64,000 bases of DNA from Phoronis australis (Eukaryota; Animalia; Phoronida): the NCBI GenBank assembly GCA_002633005.1, contig NMRA01000059.1:22697-86696 (forward strand). The letters run 5' to 3'. Positions 53,901-64,000 of this stretch are shown here, in pieces; the stretch's first letter is position 1, and every line of letters begins with the position of its first letter. Under the pieces are notes generated by a model. The model was not told where the DNA came from. It ran no database searches and was given only the letters and a program-made list of their open reading frames with translations. The position numbers and the translations under genes were made by a program.

Positions 53901-56900
53901 ACACAGAGAATCATACTGTTCTATCAGATCTACTACAGTTACATGGAAAGTTTCTATCTCAGTTAAGTCAGATCTACTATGTTTACGTGGTAAATTTCTC
54001 TCAGATATATCATATCTACTCCATTTACATTGTAAAGTTCTCCCTTAATTTCCTGTGACTTTCTGCGCCTGGCTTGGCTGGCTGCTGCTCCTTCTGTCTC
54101 CGGTGATCCTTCTTCTTCCTGGTCAGCGCCGCTGCTGACGCTGACGCTGCATGTTTAGCCAAAAGCTGTAGTAGGATCACAAACAATGTTAGAATTCAAA
54201 GAAATTCAATGAATAATCTCTTAAAGTTTCAATATTTCCCAAGGAAACAAAACAGAAACAGAACAACTTAGTTACCAAAAACAAATACTGAAAACATTTC
54301 GAGGAATGCTGGGAGGAGTGCACAATGATTCTAAAATATATTTTAAGATATAAAACAACCACCATCACACAGGGTATATTAAGTATTTTTTGATCTAATA
54401 GCTTTTAGCCATATTTTCTTTCTTTCAAAGTCTTTTGGATCAAGATCTGAGCTGTGGAAAACAAAGAATTCTGAATTCCTTAAAGTTGTTGAACGCCAAG
54501 TTCCTGGCCACTAAATTTACAAAACTATTTTCATGGCAGTTAAAACATGCTCTGAAGAAACATTTTATGAATAAAAACAGAATATCGGACTCAAATGGGC
54601 TGCACCAACTTTAACCAGAGCAACGTGGAACGTTGAAATGCACCGCAAACAGTGTACTTCTACAGGGGTTTATTTGTATTATAAAAATGGCCACAAGATG
54701 ACACAAAATACATTGAATCCATCTCAAAACGGATGTATCTGAGTTTCTTTAATAGCAAGATACCTACCACATTTCACAAAAGTCCGTCAAGGAACTTCTG
54801 AGAGACCCAAGGAAACCGGAAAAAATGAAATTGCCACTAGGAGGCTATGGGCACAAAAAACATAACTGCCACTAGGAGACCTCACAGTAGTTGAAGTCAT
54901 TGGAAAATCATCACCAACTGTCCTCTTCACACTAAGAACATATATGCCGATCTTCACAATCATCTATAAAGTGGTTTAGCCAATAGAGAGGCAGATGCCA
55001 AAAACAGACCAGAAAACAGTTTAAGAATGGCCACTAGATGGTGCAAAATACGCCTAATTCATCCGAACACATGTCATCGTTTCAATAGAAAACTATTTAC
55101 CAAATTTCATAAAAATCCGTCAAACAGCATCAGATGAAAAGAGAAAAATGGAAAAAATGAAATTGCCACGAGAAGGCACAGTCAACTTCACATAAAGAGG
55201 AGATACACCTCTGAGCGTAAAAAACTGTCACTAGGAGGTGCCACAGTAGTCAAGGTCGATGGGAAATCATTGTCAGTCGTTTTCTTTATATTAGAAACAT
55301 ACATGCCAATTTCGAAAACATTAAAAATGGCCACCAGGTGGTGCAAAATAACTTGAATCAACCCAAATACTGGAGGATAGCATCATCTCGCTAATAGTTA
55401 TCTATCTGCCAAATTTTATGGAAATCTAATGAGGACCCTTGAAGATACAAGAACCAGAAGTAAACGTAAAAAAATAAAATTGCCACTAGGGGGCACAACA
55501 GTAGTTCAATACGTCTGAAAGTTGTCGCCTGTTGTCAACTTCGTATAAATACACTCGTAAAATTTAATGAAGATCCTTAACAGCGTTTAGGTGACATGGG
55601 CCCAAAAACAGTAAAAATGGCCACTGGTAGCACAGAGCACCTCGAATCCATCCGAAAACAGGAGAATAGGGTCATCTCACTAATAGATGCCTAATTGCCA
55701 AATTTTATGAAATTCCATTTACAAGATCTGAAGAATGCTAAAACTGCAACTAGGGGGCACACTGGTAGTCAGAAAGGTCCAAAATTTGCCGTCATCCGTC
55801 GTCACCTTCATGAAAACATATCTGCCAAATCTCATCAAGACCCTACGAAGGGTTTACGAGATACAGCTGTGGACGCCGAATGCCCAGACAGAGATGATGG
55901 CAATATGGACCCACATGTAAATATGATTTTCAGTAAGACTGCTTTATTACCAACATAATTCAAACATAACAGCATAACTATAAGATCCCCCTGTAGAGGG
56001 CACCACAACAATGTGGCAATACCGTATCTGATAACTACAAGATCCCCCAGAAGGGGGCACCACAACAATGTGACAATACCGTATATGATAACTACAAGAT
56101 CCCCCAGAAGGGGGCACCACAACAATGTGACAATACTGTACCTGATAACTATAAGATCCCTTGTAGGGGACACCAGACCAATGTGACAATACAGTACCTG
56201 ATAACTGTAAGATCCCCCTGTAAGGGACACCACAACAATGTGGCAATACTCTACCTGATAACTATAAGATCCCCTTGCTGTGTACAACAGAACAATGTGA
56301 CAATACTGTACCTGATAACTGTAAGATCCCCCTGTAGAGGGCACCACAACAATGTGACAATACTGTACCTGATCTGCCAACTTGCAATGTTCGTCACACA
56401 TTGCTGTAATTACTTGGTCAACCTCTTCTGCGATATCTTTCAGGAAAAAGTTGGCATACTGGATACTAGTCGTACCTATTGAGTGTCGCTGAAATTCAAA
56501 CAAAGCGTAACGAAGTTAGAAAAATACTGAAAATTAAGTGCACTTTTTGTTTTAGCCCAAGTTTCCAACTTGACAACTTNNNNNNNNNNNNNNNNNNNNN
56601 NNNNNNNNNNNNNNNNNNNNNNNNNNNNNNNNNNNNNNNNNNNNNNNNNNNNNNNNNNNNNNNNNNNNNNNNNNNNNNNNNNNNNNNNNNNNNNNNNNNN
56701 NNNNNNNNNNNNNNNNNNNNNNNNNNNNNNNNNNNNNNNNNNNNNNNNNNNNNNNNNNNNNNNNNNNNNNNNNNNNNNNNNNNNNNNNNNNNNNNNNNNN
56801 NNNNNNNNNNNNNNNNNNNNNNNNNNNNNNNNNNNNNNNNNNNNNNNNNNNNNNNNNNNNNNNNNNNNNNNNNNNNNNNNNNNNNNNNNNNNNNNNNNNN

Positions 56901-59900
56901 NNNNNNNNNNNNNNNNNNNNNNNNNNNNNNNNNNNNNNNNNNNNNNNNNNNNNNNNNTGAGAGACGATGATTGAGAGACGATGAATGAGAGACGATGAGT
57001 GAGAGACGATGAGTGAGAGACGATGAATGAGAGACGATGAGTGAGAGACGATGAGTGAGAGACGATGATTGAGAGACGATGAATGAGAGACGATGAGTGA
57101 GAGACGATGAGTGAGAGACGATGAATGAGAGACGATGAATGAGAGACGATGAGTGAGAGACGATGAGTGAGAGACGATGAATGAGAGACGATGAATGAGA
57201 GACGATGAGTGAGAGACGATGAGTGAGAGACGATGAATGAGAGACGATGAATGAGAGACGATGAGTGAGAGACGATGAGTGAGAGACGATGAATGAGAGA
57301 CGATGAATGAGAGACGATGAGTGAGAGACGATGAGTGAGAGACGATGAATGAGAGACGATGAATGAGAGACGATGAGTGAGAGACGATGAGTGAGAGACG
57401 ATGAATGAGAGACGATGAGTGAGAGACGATGAGTGAGAGACGATGAGTGAGAGACAGACACACAGGTCACTTCATTACTCAACAGGCGACATTCAAAAAT
57501 CTCTGAGAAGAGCGCTCATCATTTCTATATCTCTAATAAGCTTGGTACACACATGGTCACACTAGCAACATAGTACACTTCGTGTACATTACGCCAACTC
57601 AAAGTCCATCCCATTATTCACAGCACATAAAACTGAATAGTGACAAACCTTGCTTAACAGAGACCCCTGTCATGGTAGCATGGAATGAGCCAAGTAAGTC
57701 CGACTCGTCCTCTGAGCACATGGTCAGTGACTTAAGAGACAAAGTAATAACAGGATTACTTTAAATAATTGCACACTATTGTGATACAGTTATACAAGTG
57801 AACTTTGAATGTCTTTCTAAATAATGACAAGAAGCCCAGGAAAGTATATTTCTTGCTCTCCTTCATATCCATGTTTACATAATATATACATGTAAACTTC
57901 ATACATTCTTAGAAGACATGTGACCATTTTCTCTAAAAATTTGAAAATTTTGAATTTAGAAACACTTAAGAGCTGCCAAAGCAGCACTTTAAGCAGAGTT
58001 TTAATGGTCTATCTGAACAGCAGCATGCTCCGCAGTCAGAAATAAGAAAACACAGATACATTAAAGTTTGAACACTTTTTATGCATCGCATTGCACAAGG
58101 GCACCATGACAATCTTTGCTTTAGACTGGCAACAAGAATAACAATTGGGTTCAATAGGTAGTGCCTAAGGGTCAGAAGAGGAGACATGCCAAAACCTGAC
58201 AGTATTCTTACAAAAAATAGAAAACAACGAGTAAAACTTAGTAAATCGACTGAAGTAAATCTTCATTATGATGACACAATGTTTAGAATAGTTTGCACAA
58301 TAATGTGAGCAATAATTTTAACGAAGCGAAACTGTTTAAAAAATTTGCACATTAAATAAAACTCCGTATAACAATGCTGGACCCAGTGTACACCCTCTTG
58401 TTGCCCAGGTAACAGTCACCATCATGTTGCCCAGGTAAGATTCACCATCCTGTTGCCCAGGTAACATCCATCATCCCAGTCGCCCAGGTAACATTCACCA
58501 TACCTGTATCATTTGATTTAGAGCTGCAGCATCGTAACCATGGAGATACTGTATGTAGTAGCGTTGCATTACTTGATTGTATTTCTTGACAAGAGCTGAA
58601 ACAAATACATTAATATTTGTTGATTGTCCAAATAAAGGATGTGGTTAGAGGAGCATGATTCTTCTTCCACATTTTGCAGCAAACAATCCTTTGTTAGATT
58701 TGTGACCAATTCTTGTATTTATAAACAATCCCTTTGTTGTATTTGTGACCAATTCTTGTATTTATAAACAATCCCTTTGTTTATTTGTGACCAATTCTTG
58801 TATTTATAAACAATCCCTTTGTTGTATTTGTGACCAATTCTTGTATTTATAAACAATCCCTTTGTTGCATTTGTGACCAATTCTTGTATTTATAAGCAAT
58901 CCCTTTGTTGTATTTGTGACCAATTCTTGTATTTATAAACAATCCCTTTGTTTATTTGTGACCAATTCTTGTATTTATAAACAATCCCTTTGTTGCATTT
59001 GTGACCAATTCTTGTATTTGTAAACAATCCCTTTGTTGTATTTGTGACCAATTCTTGTATTTATAAACAATCCCTTTGTTGCATTTGTGACCAATTCTTG
59101 TATTTATAAGCAATCCCTTTGTTGCATTTGTGACCAATTCTTGTATTTATAAACAATCCCTTTGTTGTATTTGTGACCAATTCTTGTATTTATAAGCAAT
59201 CCCTTTTTGTCACTGAGCTATACCATCAATTCTCCTGTTTTCATCAAAGTTCTACAACTGAGAAATTTCCTTTAACAAATCTCCAATTTTTAATTTATCC
59301 CGTCATAACTTTGATAAAAGTAGACATCAACAAGATTTGTCTCCGTGACAACTAATCTATTAAGTGGCCAAACAAAGGATAATGTTGGCCAAAACAAAAA
59401 GGTATAAACAAAACCATGATATGCTTAAATCAAAGTGACTAAAAACCTAGTTGAATGTAAAACGAAAAACAAAACAAACTCACATCTCAGCTCTTCAATA
59501 TGGAACAGAAGTTCTGGGAGTTGTCTGAAAGAAAATCAGATTCAATATAGTCAGAGTGTCTTTGCTTCGCACATGAAAACAGCAAGATTGCAGAAGTCAC
59601 CTTAATTGATAAACTTGTCCAACGGTTTTATCACAATATACGACTATTACTGGTGAAGCATTCCCAGCCGTACCTGTCTTGGAAATCTTCCGTCATTACT
59701 TTTAGGTTTCCTCTCTTTGGCGGCTGATTTTCATAATGTCTTAGTAGCCACGAGACTTCGTCACGAGCGAGTGATAACGCCATGAAAACATAAAGCGCCT
59801 TGGGACCCATTAGACCAGGCTGGTCGGACAATATGGCTGCCAGCTCCTTTAGACACGTACGCAGGAACTTGCGTCTCTCCTTATGAAATAGCGGTCTGCA

Positions 59901-62900
59901 GAGAAACAAGCATTTTAAGTCTACTAACTAACCAACTTTCCCATTCACGTGTAACCATACTACACACCAGTTTTATGTCATCAATACACTGCGTATTTAT
60001 GCACTTACTGCATTTATAATTTTGACTTGTTTACCATATATGCTCACATGCCACATGTGACTGGATGTAAGGCTGTGTCTATATCCTAAGTTAGGTAAAT
60101 GTGAGGCTTTGCCTAAACCAAACGTAGGTGGATGTGAGGCTGTATCTATACCCAAACTTAGATGGATGTGCGTAATGCAAAATATCGGAATAGAAAGCTC
60201 TAAGTTTGAAAAGAGTCAACACTACTCACGCGTTAGCTACAGCATAATGGTACAGCTCTTTCACTTCAGCCACTCGCCTGTTATAACTGAAAAGTAGAAA
60301 CACAGCAATAAAAAATGAGACATTCATAGTAATACACGTTACTGTGAATGATTTACACAATATGTTACTATGAACGATTTAAACGTGTTACTATGAATGA
60401 GTTACACGTGTTACTGTGAATGAGTTACACACGTGTTACTGTGAATGAGTTACACGTATTACTATGAATGAGTTACACACATTACTATGAATCAGTCCAC
60501 CTAAAATTTTCATGCTCTCATTATAATAATAGATAATAGAAATTGGCATTCTTTTGGCACATCCTACGGTTGACCACTTGTAAATGTAACCATAGAAATA
60601 AATTGTAAATGTAAACATAAATTGGCATGAAGGGACATTACCCAATACTAAATCATAGTACAGATTGGCAAAGGTTCAATAGCAAATGCCACATTATTTT
60701 CCCCATAGAATATAATACTTCAAAAGATATAATAAGCAACTTATATTCCACATGACATGATGACCAAATACACACGTCCCCTTTTTAAAAGGCATTTTTG
60801 GTAAATTTTGTTATGTGTTTACATTTTATTATGAAAGGAATTTTGAACCATCATTCTTGATAGTGAATTAACAAAATAAGAGTTCTTCAAACTGAAACTT
60901 GTGACAGTATGCAGTAGTCACACAATACAAACTCTGTAACTTTTATTGTATTATTGCTCATGTCAAATGGAAACCTTTAGGTAACCAGATTGGGACTAAA
61001 AACCAGTATACGTCATGGCCATGGAACAGTTCTCAGAATGAAAACACAAGACATACCAGTTTACTTTGATCAGCTGACATTTTCAGAATTTGCTCACTGT
61101 GACAGTCTAGAGGTTTGAGGAATTGTTCCTTTCACTAAAACTTTATTTTACGGAAAAGGTTCAAAATGATCAAAAACACATTCAAAAAAGTTAATATCCT
61201 TATATCCCGAGTACTCTCTCACTGACAAGTAACAAATCATTTCACTCCACTACTTTGATATTTGGATATAGTACTGTCATTTGCAAAAACCTTGTTGCAT
61301 TGCAGCATCTCACAACTCACTTTTTGATCCCTTCAAAGTAGTTGATGATGTAAGGCTGAATGTGTAGCACCTCGTCACGGCACAGCGTCATCACGTAGTT
61401 GTTGTGCAGCGCCCTTTTCCACATCTCTGCACAAACTTGATGCGCTAAGTTTTGATGGCATAGCATGAAACCAGCTAACGGGGAAATGAAATGGACAAAA
61501 TACTTTACACCTTCCAAACAACCAAACGTATTACGCACACACAAAAATGATCAAACCATCTCACCACGTTGTCACATTCACTCAGTCTCACACTCTCATA
61601 GTCTCACATTCACACATTGTAACATTCACACAATCACACATTCATACATTCTCACATTTTCATCTTAATCCAGCCATCCTCTGTATACACGCTTTGTAAG
61701 AAAGCTTGAAGTAACATGGTTACTCACATATAATCCACCTCTCAATTGTTTCCAATGACAAATATTCACAGTGGATCTGTAATGAGAATAACTTGTGTTA
61801 GCACTGAGCCAGTAGTGTGATACATGTGAGATGAGTAACACTGAATAACTTGTGTTAGCACTGAGCCAGTAATGTGATAAATGTGAGATGAGTAAATCTG
61901 AATAATTGATAGATCTGTATCTTCATATTCTTTGTGCATTCATCAAGGCTCATGATAAAGAACAAGAAATTACCACAATACAATAGAAGTAAATTTCATA
62001 TATTACAGGGTGGAACAACAATTTGAGCTGTAGATGAAAAGAATTCAGTGTATCCATTGACAACGTGACTAATAATTACTCTATGTTTTACTGGTAGAAA
62101 GAACACAGCATTAAACTGAGTGTAGTGGATAATTATCTGTCTTAGATAAGAAATAAGTGCTAAAATTGCTATTTAGTGCTTTTCAAATGTTTAAACATGG
62201 AGCAGTGCAGCACGTACAGTGTCAGACTGTGCTGGGTTCATTAACTTGGTGGGTTCGTTGACCAGACTGAGCGACATACTAGTACGCCACTCTGCCGCCG
62301 TTTGACATCGTCGTGGATACAGAGTCTGGAGCGATATGAGAGCTTCAGTCACCAGCTTGGCATGAGGTATGAAGTCTTCACATAGTTTCCTAAGAGGCTG
62401 TTCGTAGTCCAGAATCATCTGGCCAAGACGTGGGAAATTGGGTGCCCTATGACCAGAACACAGAAGGAAGACAAGTTAGCTATGAACCATTAAAACCGGG
62501 TGTTACCTTGACCATCAAAAACAATGTTAGTTTTGTGCAATGTCACGTTATGGTGGTTTGTGTTGTTATTGAACTACTTGAACTACTTGCCCAATGTTTG
62601 CAATCCTTAGACTAAGCATCGTTAGAGTTCGACCATATCATATAAAATTGACAACAGGTTTGACAATGAAGTTTAAATGTTAACAACCAGTAGTCCTATA
62701 TACTTACATAACAGAAAAATGCCATTAACAGACTTAAAATAATAAATGGACAGAAAGAAAAATAATTTAGTTGTCGTAGAATCATTTGCTATTACAAACC
62801 AACATGTTCCTCTCAAAAAGTCATACCATATTAAGCCAAGATAACCCTATAATTATATTTTGACAATTACGGCATGTGCCAAAGTTTTATGCCCATTTAG

Positions 62901-63318
62901 CCACTTGAAACATTCTTGCTAGTTCCTCATTTGCACTAAAGATGCAAGCTGTATTATTACAAAGAGCCAGGTTGTACACACAATGTCTAAGCTATCTATT
63001 CTCACACCCATGTTTGTTATGGGTGGTTATACGATCACATGATTATATACTCAAGCTAATGTTTTCCAGCAATCAGCTGACGATGATCATAAAAGCTGTC
63101 ACTGTCGATTTCATCTTTCTGAACACGTGTTAAGTGAACAAATAAATAACACAACAAAACTCTCAGCAGACTCACATGGAATTGTGATGAAATTCATGAG
63201 CAGCAGCAAACAGTCCCAGCACAAACTTCCTGTCTTCAACACGTGATATCAGGATCATTATTGACAGGTAAGTGGCGATGAGGTCGAGGTAGGACTTGGT
63301 CAGGTCATAGTTCAAGGT
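35894..63318 (-). CDS. NCKAP1: Nck-associated protein 1 (NCKAP1/Nap1/Hem/Kette), WAVE regulatory complex; 5' exons beyond right edge
   Basis: 23 distinct GT-AG exons in consistent phase except across the N-gap. Motifs [87 protein letters not shown] match the Nap1/Hem family. Confidence 0.96.
36047..36447. mobile_element. PIF/Harbinger-like MITE
   Basis: ~29-bp TIR GGCCCGGTCTCCAATCTTTTTACTCGAAA vs GGCCCGGTCTCTAATCTTTGTACTCGAAA; internal ACTCGA/TCGAGT motifs; TSD not clean. Confidence 0.65.
38000..38089 (-). CDS. NCKAP1: NCKAP1 exon ([30 protein letters not shown])
   Basis: ccag / gtaact, 90 nt. Confidence 0.93.
38540..38982. repeat. Minisatellite, degenerate ~53-bp unit
   Basis: GAGCAGTAGGTACAAGCTCATCCCGACCCCTCCACCCACCGTCAGTTG repeated. 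Confidence 0.9.
39090..39208 (-). CDS. NCKAP1: NCKAP1 exon ([22 protein letters not shown]...[10 protein letters not shown])
   Basis: ttag / gtaagt, phase 1-0. Confidence 0.93.
39607..39714 (-). CDS. NCKAP1: NCKAP1 exon ([24 protein letters not shown]...YKASLG)
   Basis: ctacag / gtatga, phase 1-1. Confidence 0.92.
40098..40440. repeat. Minisatellite, 35-bp unit
   Basis: GACATATCCTCACCTATAGGCCTACTGTCTACACC x~9. Confidence 0.95.
40606..40690 (-). CDS. NCKAP1: NCKAP1 exon ([28 protein letters not shown])
   Basis: tag / gtatgg, phase 0-1. Confidence 0.9.
40914..41090. repeat. Minisatellite, 45-bp unit
   Basis: TCTAGTATGGGGCATTATCAGGTGATATCAGTAATGACATTTAG x4. Confidence 0.9.
41175..41468. repeat. 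Minisatellite, ~35-bp unit
   Basis: TGTAACAAGTCACACAACACACGTGCACAGGTGT repeated. Confidence 0.9.
41583..42892. mobile_element. Kolobok-type non-autonomous element (TTAA TSD)
   Basis: TTAA-GGAGGTTCGACAC ... GTGTCGAACCCC-TTAA; purine-purine termini; no ORF. Confidence 0.7.
43400..43712. repeat. Minisatellite, 17-bp unit, abutting NCKAP1 donor
   Basis: GTGACTATGTGTACACT repeated. Confidence 0.95.
43722..43802 (-). CDS. NCKAP1: NCKAP1 exon ([27 protein letters not shown])
   Basis: ttcag / gtgagt, 81 nt. Confidence 0.9.
44424..44745. repeat. Minisatellite, ~40-bp unit
   Basis: CACTAAATAACCAAGGCCCTGTTGGAAATGAG repeated. Confidence 0.85.
44816..44898 (-). CDS. NCKAP1: NCKAP1 exon ([27 protein letters not shown])
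   Basis: tcag / gtaagt, phase 1-0. Confidence 0.93.
46801..47030. repeat. Minisatellite, 46-bp unit
   Basis: TGTTAGTAGTGTCTTTAATGAGACTGAGGTGATTAGGGTGCCTCAA x5. Confidence 0.95.
47074..47167 (-). CDS. NCKAP1: NCKAP1 exon ([31 protein letters not shown])
   Basis: ttcag / gtaagt, phase 0-1. Confidence 0.9.
48206..48303 (-). CDS. NCKAP1: NCKAP1 exon ([33 protein letters not shown])
   Basis: cccag / gtaggc, phase 1-0. Confidence 0.93.
48714..48953 (-). CDS. NCKAP1: NCKAP1 exon ([17 protein letters not shown]...WYLEVLLRQ...AEDYADIM)
   Basis: ccag / gtttgt, 240 nt. Confidence 0.93.
50001..50116 (-). CDS. NCKAP1: NCKAP1 exon copy 2 ([22 protein letters not shown]...QTLENY), probable allelic duplicate
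   Basis: Same boundaries as 51386-51501; 2 substitutions (S/T and one synonymous). Confidence 0.7.
50393..51000 (-). mobile_element. HINE-like family copy (repeated at ~51785-52380 in the duplicated block)
   Basis: AACACGAGCAATGCAGAGCAATGAAA start and AAAAATGGCCATTACATGGC module, homologous to 6430-6620. Confidence 0.5.
51248..51390. repeat. Minisatellite, 21-bp unit built from a splice donor
   Basis: CATGTATCTTACTGTAATACA x~7; reverse complement contains TTACA|GTAAGA. Confidence 0.95.
51386..51501 (-). CDS. NCKAP1: NCKAP1 exon copy 1 ([22 protein letters not shown]...QTLENY)
   Basis: tacag / gtaaga, 116 nt; duplicated at 50001-50116. Confidence 0.75.
52797..52988. repeat. Minisatellite, 30-bp unit, each with TGGCCAAT
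   Basis: CCAAT at 52802, 52832, 52862, 52892, 52922, 52952, 52982. Confidence 0.95.
53244..53375 (-). CDS. NCKAP1: NCKAP1 exon ([17 protein letters not shown]...[15 protein letters not shown])
   Basis: tacag / gtaagt, phase 2-2. Confidence 0.92.
54029..54165 (-). CDS. NCKAP1: NCKAP1 exon (LLAKHAA...[15 protein letters not shown])
   Basis: tacag / gtaaat, phase 0-2; KPGxES motif. Confidence 0.88.
54613..55925 (-). mobile_element. HINE-like family copy
   Basis: AACCAGAGCAACGTGGAACGTTGAAATGC start homologous to 6431; same internal modules and terminal part (GATACAGC..GGACGCCG). Confidence 0.55.
55973..56373. repeat. Minisatellite, ~58-bp unit built from a splice donor
   Basis: ATAACTATAAGATCCCC..GGCACCACAACAATGTGACAATACTGTACCTG repeated up to the exon boundary at 56369. 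Confidence 0.95.
56369..56488 (-). CDS. NCKAP1: NCKAP1 exon ([20 protein letters not shown]...CKLADQ)
   Basis: ttcag / gtacag, 120 nt. Confidence 0.88.
56580..56957. other. Assembly gap (378 N)
   Basis: Run of N next to a 14-bp satellite. Confidence 1.
56958..57455. repeat. Satellite, 14-bp unit
   Basis: GAGAGACGATGA(G/A)T repeated up to the gap. Confidence 0.97.
57649..57730 (-). CDS. NCKAP1: NCKAP1 exon ([27 protein letters not shown])
   Basis: taag / gtttgt, phase 0-1. Confidence 0.85.
58504..58595 (-). CDS. NCKAP1: NCKAP1 exon ([30 protein letters not shown])
   Basis: tcag / gtatgg, phase 1-0. Confidence 0.92.
58681..59205. repeat. Minisatellite, ~41-bp unit
   Basis: ATTTGTGACCAATTCTTGTATTTATAAACAATCCCTTTGTTG x~13. 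Confidence 0.95.
59484..59524 (-). CDS. NCKAP1: NCKAP1 exon ([13 protein letters not shown])
   Basis: ttcag / gtgagt, 41 nt. Confidence 0.9.
59674..59895 (-). CDS. NCKAP1: NCKAP1 exon ([16 protein letters not shown]...[11 protein letters not shown]...DFQD)
   Basis: gcag / gtacgg, phase 2-2. Confidence 0.93.
60230..60286 (-). CDS. NCKAP1: NCKAP1 exon ([18 protein letters not shown])
   Basis: tttcag / gtgagt, 57 nt, phase 2-2. Confidence 0.88.
61321..61474 (-). CDS. NCKAP1: NCKAP1 exon (GFMLCHQ...LCRDEVLHI...EGIK)
   Basis: ttag / gtgagt, phase 1-2. Confidence 0.9.
61728..61776 (-). CDS. NCKAP1: NCKAP1 exon ([16 protein letters not shown])
   Basis: acag / gtgagt, 49 nt. Confidence 0.9.
62218..62446 (-). 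CDS. NCKAP1: NCKAP1 exon ([18 protein letters not shown]...NPAQSDT)
   Basis: AG / gtacgt, phase 2-0. Confidence 0.92.
63176..63318 (-). CDS. NCKAP1: NCKAP1 exon ([17 protein letters not shown]...AHEFHHNS)
   Basis: ttgtag / gtgagt, phase 0-2. Confidence 0.9.
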
Positions 63319-64000
63319 CTACAAAAATGGATCAACAGTTAAGACAAGTATTGACATAATATAACTAATACGACACAAATTATTCACAACTGCTCAAGTT
63401 TACAGTTACACATTGCACCTGTTATGTTGCACAACATGAAGTCAGTGATTAGTAGCATTCAAAACAGCTATAGCATTCAAAACATAATAGCATATTGGCA
63501 TAAGAAAACAACAATGCATGTTCTAAAAAATCAACACAAGAATTCTCAATAAGACATAATAAACTCCTGATATCATTTATTTCCATTGTATCACTGGTAA
63601 AATCAATAAGAAAACTGAACTGGAACAAGTCAGTAACTTTCTGAAATGAAACAGACATTGCAGCAATTAAGTGCAGAATAACCTCATATACTATTATTGA
63701 ATGTTTCAAGGCAATAACTGGAATAAACTCATACAACCAACCACTCAACTCCACTCCATTCATAGAACATTCATCTAGGTTAACATCCATTCTCTGCTCA
63801 GTACGCACCTTCAAAAGTTCCACATCTATTCGCCCATGCTCTGTTTACCGTTAAACCCCCAACTATACCAGTGGCAGATTTAGAGGGGGGCCAAGGGTGC
63901 CATGTTCCCCTTCCCCTAACTTTCAGATTACATTTGGGAGTTCAGGGATGCAAATGTCTGACGGGCAAATTCCTGGCTAATACTCTGCCCTGCCCCCCCC

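Noticed and set aside
56479-57482. Long ORFs of 134-328 aa
   Set aside because: Artefacts of the N-run and the 14-bp satellite.
58681-59205. Repeat containing GACCAATT as a second NF-Y array
   Set aside because: The 3' flank (TT) is a poor match to the CCAAT(C/G)(A/G) consensus; treated as an ordinary minisatellite.
63869-64000. CAGTGGCAGATTTAGAGGGGGG, resembling a hAT-type MITE end
   Set aside because: The partner end lies outside the window and cannot be verified.

Overview
AT-rich, intron-rich eukaryotic DNA from a marine invertebrate draft assembly (lophotrochozoan/mollusc-like by inference). Three spliced genes were reconstructed by reading GT-AG boundaries and codon phase. (1) An RCC1-repeat gene resembling SERGEF/DelGEF on the minus strand (ATG at 10571; 7 exons seen; the 3' end runs off the left edge). 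(2) NF-YA, the CCAAT-binding factor subunit A, on the plus strand (6 coding exons, 23135-32551, about 289 aa), head-to-head with SERGEF across a CCAAT-rich region. (3) NCKAP1/Nap1/Hem of the WAVE complex on the minus strand (5' end off the right edge, stop at 35894), tail-to-tail with NF-YA; about 110 codons are missing at an N-gap and one exon is present twice. Introns contain many minisatellites, several seeded on splice sites, plus non-autonomous DNA transposons: a TTAA-flanked Kolobok-like element with convergent THAP and 'YQFEPE' ORF remnants, a second Kolobok-type MITE, mariner-, Harbinger- and Sola2-like elements, and a Helentron/HINE-like family rich in CTCF-like motifs. LINE remnants and tRNA-derived heads are also present. 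Two 1.3-1.5 kb duplications joined by a single N are most likely uncollapsed haplotypes. I found no convincing wholly new system. The best leads are the Kolobok derivative, the CTCF-motif-carrying element, the 30-bp CCAAT array and the splice-site-seeded repeats. All family assignments come from motif recognition, not database searches.
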